Part shown: piece after piece, positions 30,449-39,886 of the stretch
Layout of the letters: each line of letters begins with the position of its first letter
Position numbering within the stretch: the stretch's first letter is position 1
Assembly (NCBI GenBank): GCA_039801885.1
Contig: JBDRVN010000001.1
Coordinates: forward strand, 9,716 to 73,715
Direction of reading: 5' to 3'
From: a candidate division WOR-3 bacterium
GTDB lineage: Bacteria > Hydrothermota > Tepidihabitantia > Tepidihabitantales > DTDR01
Length of the DNA stretch: 64,000 bases
Notes under the pieces: model-generated
Database searches by the model: none
What the model was told of the DNA's origin: nothing
What the model saw: the letters and a program-made list of their open reading frames with translations, nothing else
Translations under genes and position numbers: made by a program

Positions 30449-31672
30449 ATGGGGTATTTAATTATAATTCTTTTAATCCTATTGTTATTTTCGTCTTTAT
30501 TTTCTGCCTCGGAAACTGCTTATTTTTCTCTTTCTCAAGAAGATTTAAAAAAATTAAATCTTGAAGAACTAAGAAAAAATGAACATTCCTTTCTTTTAAC
30601 AATTTTATTAGCCAACCTATTAGTAAATATTTCTTTCGCTTCCTTAGCAACCCTTTTTAGCCTCAATCTTTTTTTCAATAACTTTGACCACTCTTTACTT
30701 TTAACCTTAACTTCTATAATATCAACCTTTATCATTCTTTTTTTGGGTGAAATTTTACCCAAAATTTATGCTACCAATTTTCCTTTAAAATTCGGCAATT
30801 TTCCTCTTTCCTATTTTAAAAAAATTTCTTCTTTTTTTAACCCCTTTTCTCAATATTTTCAAAAAATATTTATCTTCCGTTTTCTTCCCAAAAGCGAACC
30901 CTTTCCTAATAAAGAGGAATTAAAGACTTTAATCAATTTTGGCATTGAAAATAAAGAACTTACTAAAGAAGAAGGCGAAATTCTTCATAATCTAATCGAA
31001 TTAGAAGAAAGGAGAGTAAACGAAATTATGACACCACGAAATAAGATATTTGCTCTTAACAAAGAATTGTCCATAAAAGAAGCGATAGAAAAAATTAAAG
31101 AAAATCCCAAATCAAGAATTCCTATTTATGAAAATAATATTGATAATATAATTGGTGTTGTGTATTTAAAAGATATCTTAGAGTTATTCCTTTCTGATAA
31201 TTTTAATCCACCAAAAGATTTAAAGTTAGAAAATATCAAAAAACCAATAAGTTTCGTTTCAGAAATCCAAAGATTACCGGTAATTTTTGAAGAATTAAGA
31301 AAAAAAGGCTCTCATATTGCCTTAGTTATCGATGAATTTGGTCAAATTTCTGGGTTAGTAACTTTAGAAGATTTTTTGGAAGCAATCTTTGGAGAAATAA
31401 CCGATGAATATGATTTTAGAGAAGAGTTGCCTTATATAAAAATAAGTGAAAATAGTTATTTACTTAGCGGCGAAATCGATTTAGCCACTATTAACCGATT
31501 AACTAACGATGCATTAAAAGAGATTGATTTTCCTCGACTTTCTCTCTATCTTATTGAAAAATTAGGAAGACTGCCAGAGGTAGGAGATGTAATAAGAGAG
31601 AAAAACCTGTTATTTGAAATAAAAGAAGTTAAAAAAAGAAAAATCGAAAAAGTTTTATTAAGAATTTTGTAA
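30449..31672 (+). CDS. CNNM/HlyC-CorC family protein (DUF21 + 2 CBS + CorC domain)
   Basis: FSASETAYFS, GEILPK, IMTPR, SRIPIY and DEFGQISGLVTLEDFLEAIFGEITDE motifs. Confidence 0.9.
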   Translation: MGYLIIILLILLLFSSLFSASETAYFSLSQEDLKKLNLEELRKNEHSFLLTILLANLLVNISFASLATLFSLNLFFNNFDHSLLLTLTSIISTFIILFLGEILPKIYATNFPLKFGNFPLSYFKKISSFFNPFSQYFQKIFIFRFLPKSEPFPNKEELKTLINFGIENKELTKEEGEILHNLIELEERRVNEIMTPRNKIFALNKELSIKEAIEKIKENPKSRIPIYENNIDNIIGVVYLKDILELFLSDNFNPPKDLKLENIKKPISFVSEIQRLPVIFEELRKKGSHIALVIDEFGQISGLVTLEDFLEAIFGEITDEYDFREELPYIKISENSYLLSGEIDLATINRLTNDALKEIDFPRLSLYLIEKLGRLPEVGDVIREKNLLFEIKEVKKRKIEKVLLRIL

Positions 31673-32592
31673 TGGAATTTTTATTAGCAACAATTTTTAT
31701 ATTATTTCAAGGAATTTTGAGTGGCACAGAAACAGCAGTGATTCGGGCTAATTGGTTAAGATTAAAATTAAAAGCAAAAGAAAAGGGAATAAGCGAAAAG
31801 AAAATAAAGTTCTTAGAAAATAAAGAAGAAAATTTAATTATTACTTTAATTGGCACCAATCTTTTTGTCATTTTTGCTGCCTCTTTTTATTCCAGTTTTT
31901 TTATTCAAAATTTGGGCAAAAATTTTGTTTTTCTTGCTATTATTTTTTCAACAACCCTTTCTTTTTTTATTGGCGAACTCTTACCTAAAATTTTAGCCAG
32001 CAATCATCCGGAAATTTGGCTATTACTCTTTTCTTCTTTTTATCGCTTTTTTTATTATCTCTTCCAAATAATTAGTCATCCTCTTTATTTTTCCTTAAAA
32101 GTTATCTTTTTATCAATAATAAAAAAAAGAAAGAGTCTTCCTCTTCTTAAAAGAGATTTATTAACCTATCTCCAGGAATTTAAAAAAAGTAAGGTTATTG
32201 CTCAGCAGGTATTAGAAGCCAAAAATATAAAAGTTAAAGAGATAATGATACCAATAGAATTAACTGTTGCCATTCCCGTTGATGCTGATATTTCTAAAAT
32301 TTTAGAGGTAATAAGAAAATATCGTTATTCCCGATATCCAATATATCAAGATAGTAAAAATAATGTCATTAAAATAATAACTTTAAAAGATTTATTATTC
32401 TCTCCCCAAATAAAATATCGTTCTCCTTTATTTGTTCAGGAAACTCTCCGGATTACGGAAGTTTTCTCCGAAATGCGAAAAAAAAGAGAACATTTAGCAG
32501 TTGTTGTTGACAAAAATAACAAGACTATTGGAATAGTAACCTTAGAAGATATTATTGAAGAAATGGTGGGTGAGATAAGAAGAGAAGGTTAA
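31672..32592 (+). CDS. CNNM family protein (DUF21 + CBS)
   Basis: SGTETA, GELLPK, YSRYPIY and GIVTLEDIIEEMVGEI motifs. Confidence 0.88.
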   Translation: MEFLLATIFILFQGILSGTETAVIRANWLRLKLKAKEKGISEKKIKFLENKEENLIITLIGTNLFVIFAASFYSSFFIQNLGKNFVFLAIIFSTTLSFFIGELLPKILASNHPEIWLLLFSSFYRFFYYLFQIISHPLYFSLKVIFLSIIKKRKSLPLLKRDLLTYLQEFKKSKVIAQQVLEAKNIKVKEIMIPIELTVAIPVDADISKILEVIRKYRYSRYPIYQDSKNNVIKIITLKDLLFSPQIKYRSPLFVQETLRITEVFSEMRKKREHLAVVVDKNNKTIGIVTLEDIIEEMVGEIRREG

Positions 32593-33308
32593 TGGGTATC
32601 TTAAAAAAAACAAAAGGAATTATTCTTTTAAGAAAAAATTTTCGTTCCACAAGCAAAATTATTGATTTTTATTCCCAAGAATATGGTCGTTTACTTCTAT
32701 TAGCCAAAGGAGTAAGAGAAGGAAAAAATTATTTAAACGGTTCTTTAGAACCTTTAAATTATTGTGAAGTAGTTTTTTATAAAAAAGAAAACCAAACTTT
32801 TTATTTTATTAAAGATGCTGTTCTTTTACATAACTTCCCTCTGATTATTAAAGAATATCAAAAATATTCTCAAATTTTGGAATTAAATAAATTTCTCTCT
32901 TTAATCTTGCCATTAGAAGAAAAAAATGGAGAAATTTTTAAACTCTATTTTCTTACCCTTTTTTTTATTAATTTCATTCCTTATAATAAAATTAAAAACA
33001 TTATTTTATCTTTTTATTTAAAATTCATTACTCTCATCGGTTTCCAACCTTCTTTATTAGAATGTTTAAAATGCGGAAAAAAGATTTTTAAAAAAGAAAA
33101 TATATTTTTTAATACGGAAAAAGGCGGAATATTTTGTAGTGATTGTCAAAAAGAAAATAATAATTCTTTTTTGATTGATAGAAAGATTTTAGAAAATTTA
33201 CAATACCTATCCTTTGCTTCTTACTCTCAATTATTAAATTACCAAATTTCTCCCGAAACCGAAAAAATGATAAAATTTTATCTAAATTATCATTTATTTG
33301 TTCATTGA
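32592..33308 (+). CDS. recO: DNA repair protein RecO
   Basis: N-terminal OB-fold (GIIL...AKGVR) and Zn finger CLKC...GGIFCSDC. Confidence 0.88.
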   Translation: MGILKKTKGIILLRKNFRSTSKIIDFYSQEYGRLLLLAKGVREGKNYLNGSLEPLNYCEVVFYKKENQTFYFIKDAVLLHNFPLIIKEYQKYSQILELNKFLSLILPLEEKNGEIFKLYFLTLFFINFIPYNKIKNIILSFYLKFITLIGFQPSLLECLKCGKKIFKKENIFFNTEKGGIFCSDCQKENNNSFLIDRKILENLQYLSFASYSQLLNYQISPETEKMIKFYLNYHLFVH

Positions 33309-33361
33309 CTTTAAAAAATTTTTCGTTATGATAATAAATCATTTTAAATAAGGAGGAAAGA

Positions 33362-34807
33362 ATGATTTTGAAATTATATAATGGCAAAGAAATACCAATT
33401 GATATGTACAAAACAAGAGTGGTACAAAAGATTCGGCTTCCGGCAATTGAAGAAAGGTTGAAAGCAATTGAAGAAGCCGGTTACAACACTTTCCAATTAA
33501 AAACAAAAGATGTTTTTTTAGATATGTTAACGGATAGTGGTGTTAATGCCATGTCGCAAGAACAATGGGCAGGTTGGATAACTACGGATGACGCTTATGC
33601 TGGTAGTATGACTTTCTATAAATTTGCCGAAATTGTGGAAGAGATTTTAGGATATAAATATGTAATGAATGTTCATCAAGGAAGGGCAGCTGAGCATCTT
33701 TTAGCTAAAGTCTTTATAAAACCGGGAACGATTGTTGCTACAAATTATCATTTTACAACAACGAAAGCCCATATTGAATTGGCCGGTGCTGAGTGTATTG
33801 AAATCTATACTGATGAAGCCTTGAAAACAAAAAGCACTTTTCCTTTCAAAGGGAATATGGACCCAGAGAAATTAAAAGGATTAATCAAAAAATACGGTAG
33901 AGAAAGAATTGCTTATGTGCGAATGGAAGCTACTACTAATTTACTTGGTGGTCAACCTTTTTCAATGGAGAATTTGAGAGAAATAAGGAAGATATGTAAC
34001 GAACATAAGCTATTACTTGTATTAGATGGCAGTTTAGTTGCAGAAAATGCTTATTTAATTAAGAAAAGAGAACCTGGTTACGAAAATAAAACTGTTGCCC
34101 AAATTGTAAAAGAAATCTGCTCAATACCTGATTTATTTTATTTAAGCGGTAGAAAAAACACTTGCGTCCGCGGTGGTTTTATTGCGACTAATAATAAAGA
34201 ATTATTTGAAATGATCCAACCTTGGTTACCGGTATACGAAGGATTTTTTACTTATGGTGGTATGTCAATGAGAGAAATTGGCGCAATGGCTGAAGGTCTA
34301 AAAGAAATGGTTGAAGAAAATGTAGCTGGTTGCGCAATTGAACAAATTAAATACTTTGTTGAAAAATTAGAAGAATTAGGTATTCCCGTGGTTACTCCTT
34401 CTGGCGGGCTTGCCTGCCACTTAGATGCGGAAAAGTTTTTACCCCATATTCCAAAAAATGAATATATTGCTGGCGCACTCACTGCTGCTTTTTATATTGC
34501 TTCGGGAATAAGAGCAATGGAAAGGGGCACTATCTCTATGGATAGAGATAAAGAAGGTAGAGAAGTATATGCTGATTTAGAACTAACAAGAATTGCTTTG
34601 CCGCGTAGAGTATTTAACCTTTCTCATATTGAATATGCAATTGACCGAATACTTTGGCTTTATAAGCATCGAGATTTAATTAAAGGTTTAAAATTTGTAT
34701 ATGAACCACCGGTATTGAGATTCTTCTTAGGGAAATTAGAAGCAATAGATAATTGGGGAAAAGATCTATGCGAAGCTTTCAAGAAAGATTTTGGAAAAGA
34801 ATTATAA
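33362..34807 (+). CDS. tnaA: Tryptophanase / tyrosine phenol-lyase family PLP enzyme
   Basis: GYNTFQL, DMLTDSG, DDAYAG, HQGRAAE, SGRK (PLP Lys), EGFFTYGGM and LRFF motifs. Confidence 0.85.
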   Translation: MILKLYNGKEIPIDMYKTRVVQKIRLPAIEERLKAIEEAGYNTFQLKTKDVFLDMLTDSGVNAMSQEQWAGWITTDDAYAGSMTFYKFAEIVEEILGYKYVMNVHQGRAAEHLLAKVFIKPGTIVATNYHFTTTKAHIELAGAECIEIYTDEALKTKSTFPFKGNMDPEKLKGLIKKYGRERIAYVRMEATTNLLGGQPFSMENLREIRKICNEHKLLLVLDGSLVAENAYLIKKREPGYENKTVAQIVKEICSIPDLFYLSGRKNTCVRGGFIATNNKELFEMIQPWLPVYEGFFTYGGMSMREIGAMAEGLKEMVEENVAGCAIEQIKYFVEKLEELGIPVVTPSGGLACHLDAEKFLPHIPKNEYIAGALTAAFYIASGIRAMERGTISMDRDKEGREVYADLELTRIALPRRVFNLSHIEYAIDRILWLYKHRDLIKGLKFVYEPPVLRFFLGKLEAIDNWGKDLCEAFKKDFGKEL

Positions 34808-34817
34808 ATTAATTAAT

Positions 34818-35633
34818 TTACCAACGACTACCAAAGGAAATAAATTGCCAATTATCGTTTTCTTTTTTGAAAAACATTTCTACCCCTCTAATTCTTAAAT
34901 GAGAATTTTTTTGAGATTCATAAACAATTGGAATAATATCAATATAGCCTTTAGCGAAATTATCAAATATTCGAATAGTGCCAAAATCAATATAATATCT
35001 TAATTTTAAACGATAAGCATATCTTTCTATTTCATCTAAGTTAAGCCATTTTATCCGCATATTATGGAAAGAAATATTATGTTCTAATTCTCTTTCTTTT
35101 TTTAAAATTACTAAATAATTTTCTTTTTTAAATTTTGGAATTATTTCGCTAATTCTATTCTCATAAAAAGCTATTTCAATCATTTTTTTTAAAATCTTTT
35201 TCATCTCTTCTTTATTTTTATTGCCATAATTAAATTTATTATGATCTAATATTTTAGAAATCCAAACCAAATACCAAGTATCATTTAAATTAAGCCAATT
35301 AGTAGCAATATAATAGTAATCTTTACTTTTTTCAAAATAAATATAAGTGGAAATAATTGCTGAATAACGAGTTGGATTTATATATCTTGTCCTTACGGCA
35401 GCAATTTTTCTATCTTTCAACCATTCTTTTAGAGCCTTTGCAAAACTATCGTAACTAATTTCTTTCCGAAAAGTAGGATTAAAAAGTTGATAAATTAATA
35501 AAAAATTAGATTTTTGCAATGCTCGATTAAATTGAGAAGATTTTTCTAAAATTTTTAAAAAATCAAATTTCTTATCATTATTTCCACAGCTAATCAGAAA
35601 ATTTATTAAAAAGGGAATTATTAAAAAATTCAT
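34818..35633 (-). CDS. Hypothetical lipoprotein
   Basis: Lipobox-like LISC after a hydrophobic N-terminus; 271-aa ORF. Confidence 0.65.
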   Translation of the reverse strand: MNFLIIPFLINFLISCGNNDKKFDFLKILEKSSQFNRALQKSNFLLIYQLFNPTFRKEISYDSFAKALKEWLKDRKIAAVRTRYINPTRYSAIISTYIYFEKSKDYYYIATNWLNLNDTWYLVWISKILDHNKFNYGNKNKEEMKKILKKMIEIAFYENRISEIIPKFKKENYLVILKKERELEHNISFHNMRIKWLNLDEIERYAYRLKLRYYIDFGTIRIFDNFAKGYIDIIPIVYESQKNSHLRIRGVEMFFKKENDNWQFISFGSRW

Positions 35634-35640
35634 AGATAAA

Positions 35641-35716
35641 CGGGCCCGACCGGATTTGAACCGGCGCTCTTCGCCGTGACAGGGCGACGTGTTTATCCAG
35701 GCTACACTACGGGCCC
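35641..35716 (-). tRNA. tRNA-Asp(GTC)
   Basis: Reverse complement GGGCCCGTAGTGTAG...TCGCC-CTGTCAC-GGCGA...GTTCAAATCCGGTCGGGCCCG. Confidence 0.95.
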
Positions 35717-35754
35717 TTTTTATATTATAAAAATTTTATTTTTAAAGTCAATCA

Positions 35755-38568
35755 CTAATAAAGAATAATAAATTTTTTAAAATTTCTGTTAAAACCGGTT
35801 TCTAATACAACAAAATATAAACCAGAAGCCACTTCTCTTCCCTCTTTGTCTTTTCCTTCCCAATAAGCGCCGATCTCTTCTAAAAATTCTTTCTTTTCAT
35901 ATCTTCCTGGTGTAGTTAATTTTTTCACATCTAACTCTCTCTCAAAAATCAATTTTCCATTCAAATTATAAATTTTTAAATTTGCCCATTTAGAAGGGTT
36001 TTTTAATCTTAAAGGAAAATAAACTTTTTTATCTTTATCTTTTTTGATAAAAGGCTGAGGATATATATCACCAATTTCATCTTCGTAGTAAGAAATAATT
36101 TTTCCCCGATAAACTTTTAATAAAGAATCAATATTAGGAATTCCATAACCTAAAGTGCAAGAAGGAACGCTTTCACTTGCTGTTTTAAATAATGCTTCTC
36201 TAACTTCTTCTATTTTCCAATCTGGATGCACTTCTAAAATTAGTGCACAAAGTCCAGCAATCAAAGCAGTAGCTGAAGAAGTTCCTATTGAATATTCAAA
36301 GGCACCATCTTCATCAGGTTTAGCCACTACTGCATTATAGGCTAAAGCCACTAAATCAGGTTTTATTCTATCATCCGCTGTGGGACCGGCACCGCTTCCA
36401 CGCCAGCAAGACGAATCGGGCATAACTCCACCAATAGTTAAAACTCCATCAGCATCGCCTGGTGCTACTAAATAAGGTTTAGGCCAAGGATATCTTAAAC
36501 TATCGCTTCCCCGATTTCCCATGGCAGTCACAATTATTAATCCTCTTTGGGCAGCAATGCTTGCCGCTAAAGAAGTTATTGCTGTCTTCCCATCAAATTC
36601 ATTATCTTCATACCAACCTCGGTATCCCAAAGAAGAAGAAATTATTTGGGCAGCATTTTTTTCACACCATTCAAGCCCTTTTATCCAATTATCTTCTTCA
36701 ATAATATATTCATAATATTCACCAGTTTTATATTTATATTCTTCAGTTTTTGCAACTAAGAATTCGACAGCCGGAGCCACACCGACTAAATATCTGGGAG
36801 TATAACCAGCAATTAAAGATGCCATTCGAGTTCCGTGATAAGGCTGCTCTTTAAAATCGTCATCTTCTTCGTAATCGGTATTATCATCACCTTGAGAGTT
36901 GTAAATTAACCAAATATCATTATTAAATTCATAAAGAACTGGGTTAAAATGAAATTCGTTAGTATCGTTAAATAGAATATTTTTACTATTAAAATCTAAA
37001 AAATAAATATTTGAGCCCATCTCATAAGTTAAATAAAATTTATCTTTTATTAAAAAATCAAAATTGCCTAAAAAGGATTTATTTTCTAAAATTATTTCTT
37101 TTTCTTTCCATTTTTCTCCAAAATCAATTGAATAAGAATAAACTAAATTAACTAATGGTGGATTCCCATATTCTTTTACTAAAAGATAAATAGTATCCCT
37201 ATTATTTTTGATTTGAAAATCAGAAACATTAATAAAAGAATTTAGACTATCTAACTGGTAATTTTCTCCGTCATTGGTTTTTAAATAGTAAATCTTACCT
37301 TCTCTTGATAAGCAAAAGATATAATAATTTAAACTATCTTTAAAAAGAATAATAGGCTTTTTTATCTTTTGGTTAAAAGAATAAACTGTTTTCGTCTCTT
37401 GCCAAACAATTTCTGAACCAATAATATTTGCCTTCTTAATCTTTAATATTGAATCTTTATATGTAAATGTAAGATATAATTTATTATCTGAGTATAATAA
37501 ATAAGGTTCTTTACCATTTTCTATTTTAACTGTTCCTTGAAAATTAGTATAATAAAAATAACCGAAATATATCTCCTTATTTTTTTCATAAAGGTCTGAG
37601 CCATCAAAGGCAATAAAAGTCATATTTATTTGATTATTAGTGAGGGAAAAAGTGTGAAAAACCATTGGAGTTAAATAATAAGAGACTGATTTTATTGGTT
37701 GCCAATTATTTCTTTCGTAATAGGTATAAACGAGCGTTCTTTTTGGCATTCCTAAATATTGGGTATCGGTTATAAAAAATAACAAAAGTAATTTTTCACC
37801 ATTAACATTAAAAAGGTAATCTATTTTCGGATTTTCTATCATTCGGAAATTTTTTAAATTTGGGATACTCTCTTTTTGAAAACTATTAGATTTTTTCACA
37901 AGAAAAAAATCACAACCAGCAAGAAAATCGTGCTCTTTTATCACTTTAATACCTTCTACTGCTTTATTAACTGTAGTATCATCTGGACTTTTTCTTTTTC
38001 TTCTTAAACCGGTGTCCAACAATCCAATCCTCACACCCGAACCATAAACTCCTTTCTTATGAACTTTATCTACTCCTAACATAGCAATTTGACAATAAGA
38101 ATAGCCATAAAAAGAAGTATCCTTTTTTTCTTCTTTTGTTATTTTTATAGTTTTAGGAACCTGAAAACTGATTGCTTTTAATGGACGAATATCATAGATA
38201 AAAGGCAGATTTTTTAATAAAGGTAAAATTTCTTTTGGAATTTCGCAACTAACACCGTTTAACCAGTTTGAAACATATCTTATTTTTACTCCCAACTTTC
38301 TTAATTCTTCAATATATTTTTCGTAAACCGGCAGGTCATAAAAATCATATATTTCTCCGATATTTTTTAATCTTCTTTCAATTGTTTTAGGATTAAGTTT
38401 ATAGTCAAATTTTTCTAAAATATTTTTATAATCCTTCTCGGTAGTAAAACCTTTGTCAGTAAAGAGTATCCAATATTTTTCATTATTCTCGCTCATCAAT
38501 CTTTCATAATCAATTTTCAAAGGAAAACGATAAAAATTATAAGAGAATAACAAAAAAATTATTAACAT
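35755..38568 (-). CDS. Secreted S8 (subtilisin-like) serine peptidase with large internal insertion and FlgD/T9SS-like C-terminal domain
   Basis: Triad motifs LLDTG, HGTRMAS and GTSSATA; oxyanion AMGN; KPDLVA; C-terminal WEGKDKEGREVASGLYF. Confidence 0.88.
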   Translation of the reverse strand: MLIIFLLFSYNFYRFPLKIDYERLMSENNEKYWILFTDKGFTTEKDYKNILEKFDYKLNPKTIERRLKNIGEIYDFYDLPVYEKYIEELRKLGVKIRYVSNWLNGVSCEIPKEILPLLKNLPFIYDIRPLKAISFQVPKTIKITKEEKKDTSFYGYSYCQIAMLGVDKVHKKGVYGSGVRIGLLDTGLRRKRKSPDDTTVNKAVEGIKVIKEHDFLAGCDFFLVKKSNSFQKESIPNLKNFRMIENPKIDYLFNVNGEKLLLLFFITDTQYLGMPKRTLVYTYYERNNWQPIKSVSYYLTPMVFHTFSLTNNQINMTFIAFDGSDLYEKNKEIYFGYFYYTNFQGTVKIENGKEPYLLYSDNKLYLTFTYKDSILKIKKANIIGSEIVWQETKTVYSFNQKIKKPIILFKDSLNYYIFCLSREGKIYYLKTNDGENYQLDSLNSFINVSDFQIKNNRDTIYLLVKEYGNPPLVNLVYSYSIDFGEKWKEKEIILENKSFLGNFDFLIKDKFYLTYEMGSNIYFLDFNSKNILFNDTNEFHFNPVLYEFNNDIWLIYNSQGDDNTDYEEDDDFKEQPYHGTRMASLIAGYTPRYLVGVAPAVEFLVAKTEEYKYKTGEYYEYIIEEDNWIKGLEWCEKNAAQIISSSLGYRGWYEDNEFDGKTAITSLAASIAAQRGLIIVTAMGNRGSDSLRYPWPKPYLVAPGDADGVLTIGGVMPDSSCWRGSGAGPTADDRIKPDLVALAYNAVVAKPDEDGAFEYSIGTSSATALIAGLCALILEVHPDWKIEEVREALFKTASESVPSCTLGYGIPNIDSLLKVYRGKIISYYEDEIGDIYPQPFIKKDKDKKVYFPLRLKNPSKWANLKIYNLNGKLIFERELDVKKLTTPGRYEKKEFLEEIGAYWEGKDKEGREVASGLYFVVLETGFNRNFKKFIILY

Positions 38569-38583
38569 TTTATTTCTCCTTGA

Positions 38584-38871
38584 TTAACTTAAATAACCAA
38601 ATCTTTGCAAAAAAGGAAACCAACGAGTAATAAGGAAAATTCCCATAAATATAATTCCTATTACTGCACCAACAATCCCTAAAATAAGATATAGCTTACC
38701 AATTCTTCTAATCTTTTGGCTACCAGCAGAAAGAAAGACAATTCCTAAAACAATTCCCACAATTGGACAAAAGAAAGATAAAAAAGCACCGTAAACAATT
38801 CCTAGCAAAGCAAAGAAATCAATAAAAAAATTTAATTTTTCAAAATTTAACTGGGTATTTTCGTTATTCAT
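38584..38871 (-). CDS. Small membrane protein
   Basis: Two to three hydrophobic helices (FFCPIVGIVLGIVF); SD AGGAGG. Confidence 0.7.
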   Translation of the reverse strand: MNNENTQLNFEKLNFFIDFFALLGIVYGAFLSFFCPIVGIVLGIVFLSAGSQKIRRIGKLYLILGIVGAVIGIIFMGIFLITRWFPFLQRFGYLS

Positions 38872-38893
38872 TTTTTCCTCCTTTACTATTATC

Positions 38894-38966
38894 TACCCCG
38901 CGCAGGAGTCGAACCTGCAGCCCTCGGATTAAGAATCCGATGCTCTGCCAGTTGAGCTAGCGGGGC
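38894..38966 (-). tRNA. tRNA-Lys(CTT)
   Basis: Anticodon arm TCGGA-TTCTTAA-TCCGA; cloverleaf folds. Confidence 0.95.
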
Positions 38967-38977
38967 AAAATTTAAAA

Positions 38978-39051
38978 TGCGCCCGGCGCGACTCGAACGC
39001 GCAGCCTACGGGTTCGAAGCCCGGCGCTCTCTCCAATTGAGCTACGGGCGC
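38978..39051 (-). tRNA. tRNA-Arg(TCG)
   Basis: GCGCCCG acceptor stem; anticodon arm CCGGG-CTTCGAA-CCCGT with one mismatch. Confidence 0.9.
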
Positions 39052-39056
39052 AGATA

Positions 39057-39130
39057 GGTGAGCGACGGGAGTCGAACCCGCAACCCGTGGAGCCACAGTC
39101 CACTGCTCTACCAATTGAGCTACGCTCACC
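39057..39130 (-). tRNA. tRNA-His(GTG) with encoded G-1
   Basis: GGTGAGCG.../CGCTCACC 8-bp acceptor stem; GTGGA-CTGTGGC-TCCAC anticodon arm. Confidence 0.95.
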
Positions 39131-39139
39131 ATAAATTAT

Positions 39140-39213
<74 letters not shown>

Positions 39214-39216
39214 CTA

Positions 39217-39291
39217 TCGGGGAGACTGGATTTGAACCAGCGACCCCCTCGTCCCAAGCGAGGTGCGCTTGCCAGGCTGCGCTACTCCCCG
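39217..39291 (-). tRNA. tRNA-Pro(TGG)
   Basis: CGGGGAG acceptor stem; CTCGC-TTGGG-ACGAG region of the anticodon arm carries TGG. Confidence 0.95.
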
Positions 39292-39490
39292 ATATATATT
39301 ATAAATATAAAGAAAATTATCTTTTAGTCAAGTTGAAAAGTAAATTAATAAAAATATTAAGATAAAGAATGGTTTTAAATTTCAAAAAGAGTAAAAAAGA
39401 GACTAAAAGAAACTTGGCAAATATATTTGACACAATAAAAGATTTAAAAGTTGCATCCGATGCAAAAAATTTTTAAGCAAAATTTTTTTA

Positions 39491-39770
39491 TAAGTCCTTG
39501 TATTTCAAATACTTATCTTAAATTTAGAAGAAAGATAGGGAACGTCTCCCCCTATGGTCTTATCTCCGTCTTATTAGGCATTTTAATCTTCGTTCTAATA
39601 GAAAGATTAATAATAGTTTAAATAGGTGGATTATCGTTAATTCTATTAGCACTATTATTATTAATTCTAACAGGGGTATTTTTAATAATCTATAAAGGTA
39701 TATCTCTAATAAACTCCCGAAGATTATAATTATAGATGTTAATAGGAGTAGATATTCTATCTATAATTTA
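39491..39770. repeat. Intergenic element: TAAGT-N15-ACTTA palindrome, G/C-rich head and ~12-nt periodic tail
   Basis: TAAGTCCTTGTATTTCAAATACTTA, then aaagatagggaacgtctccccc; units tccgtcttatta / ggcattttaatc / ttcgttctaata / gaaagattaata. Confidence 0.55.
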
Positions 39771-39886
39771 TAAAATAGTTATTTAAAATAGACTAATATC
39801 AAAATAAATAAAGAAGATAAAAATTGAATTAAAGTAAAAATTTAGATATAATTTATAATATGCAATTTTTAATTCAAGGAGGAAAA

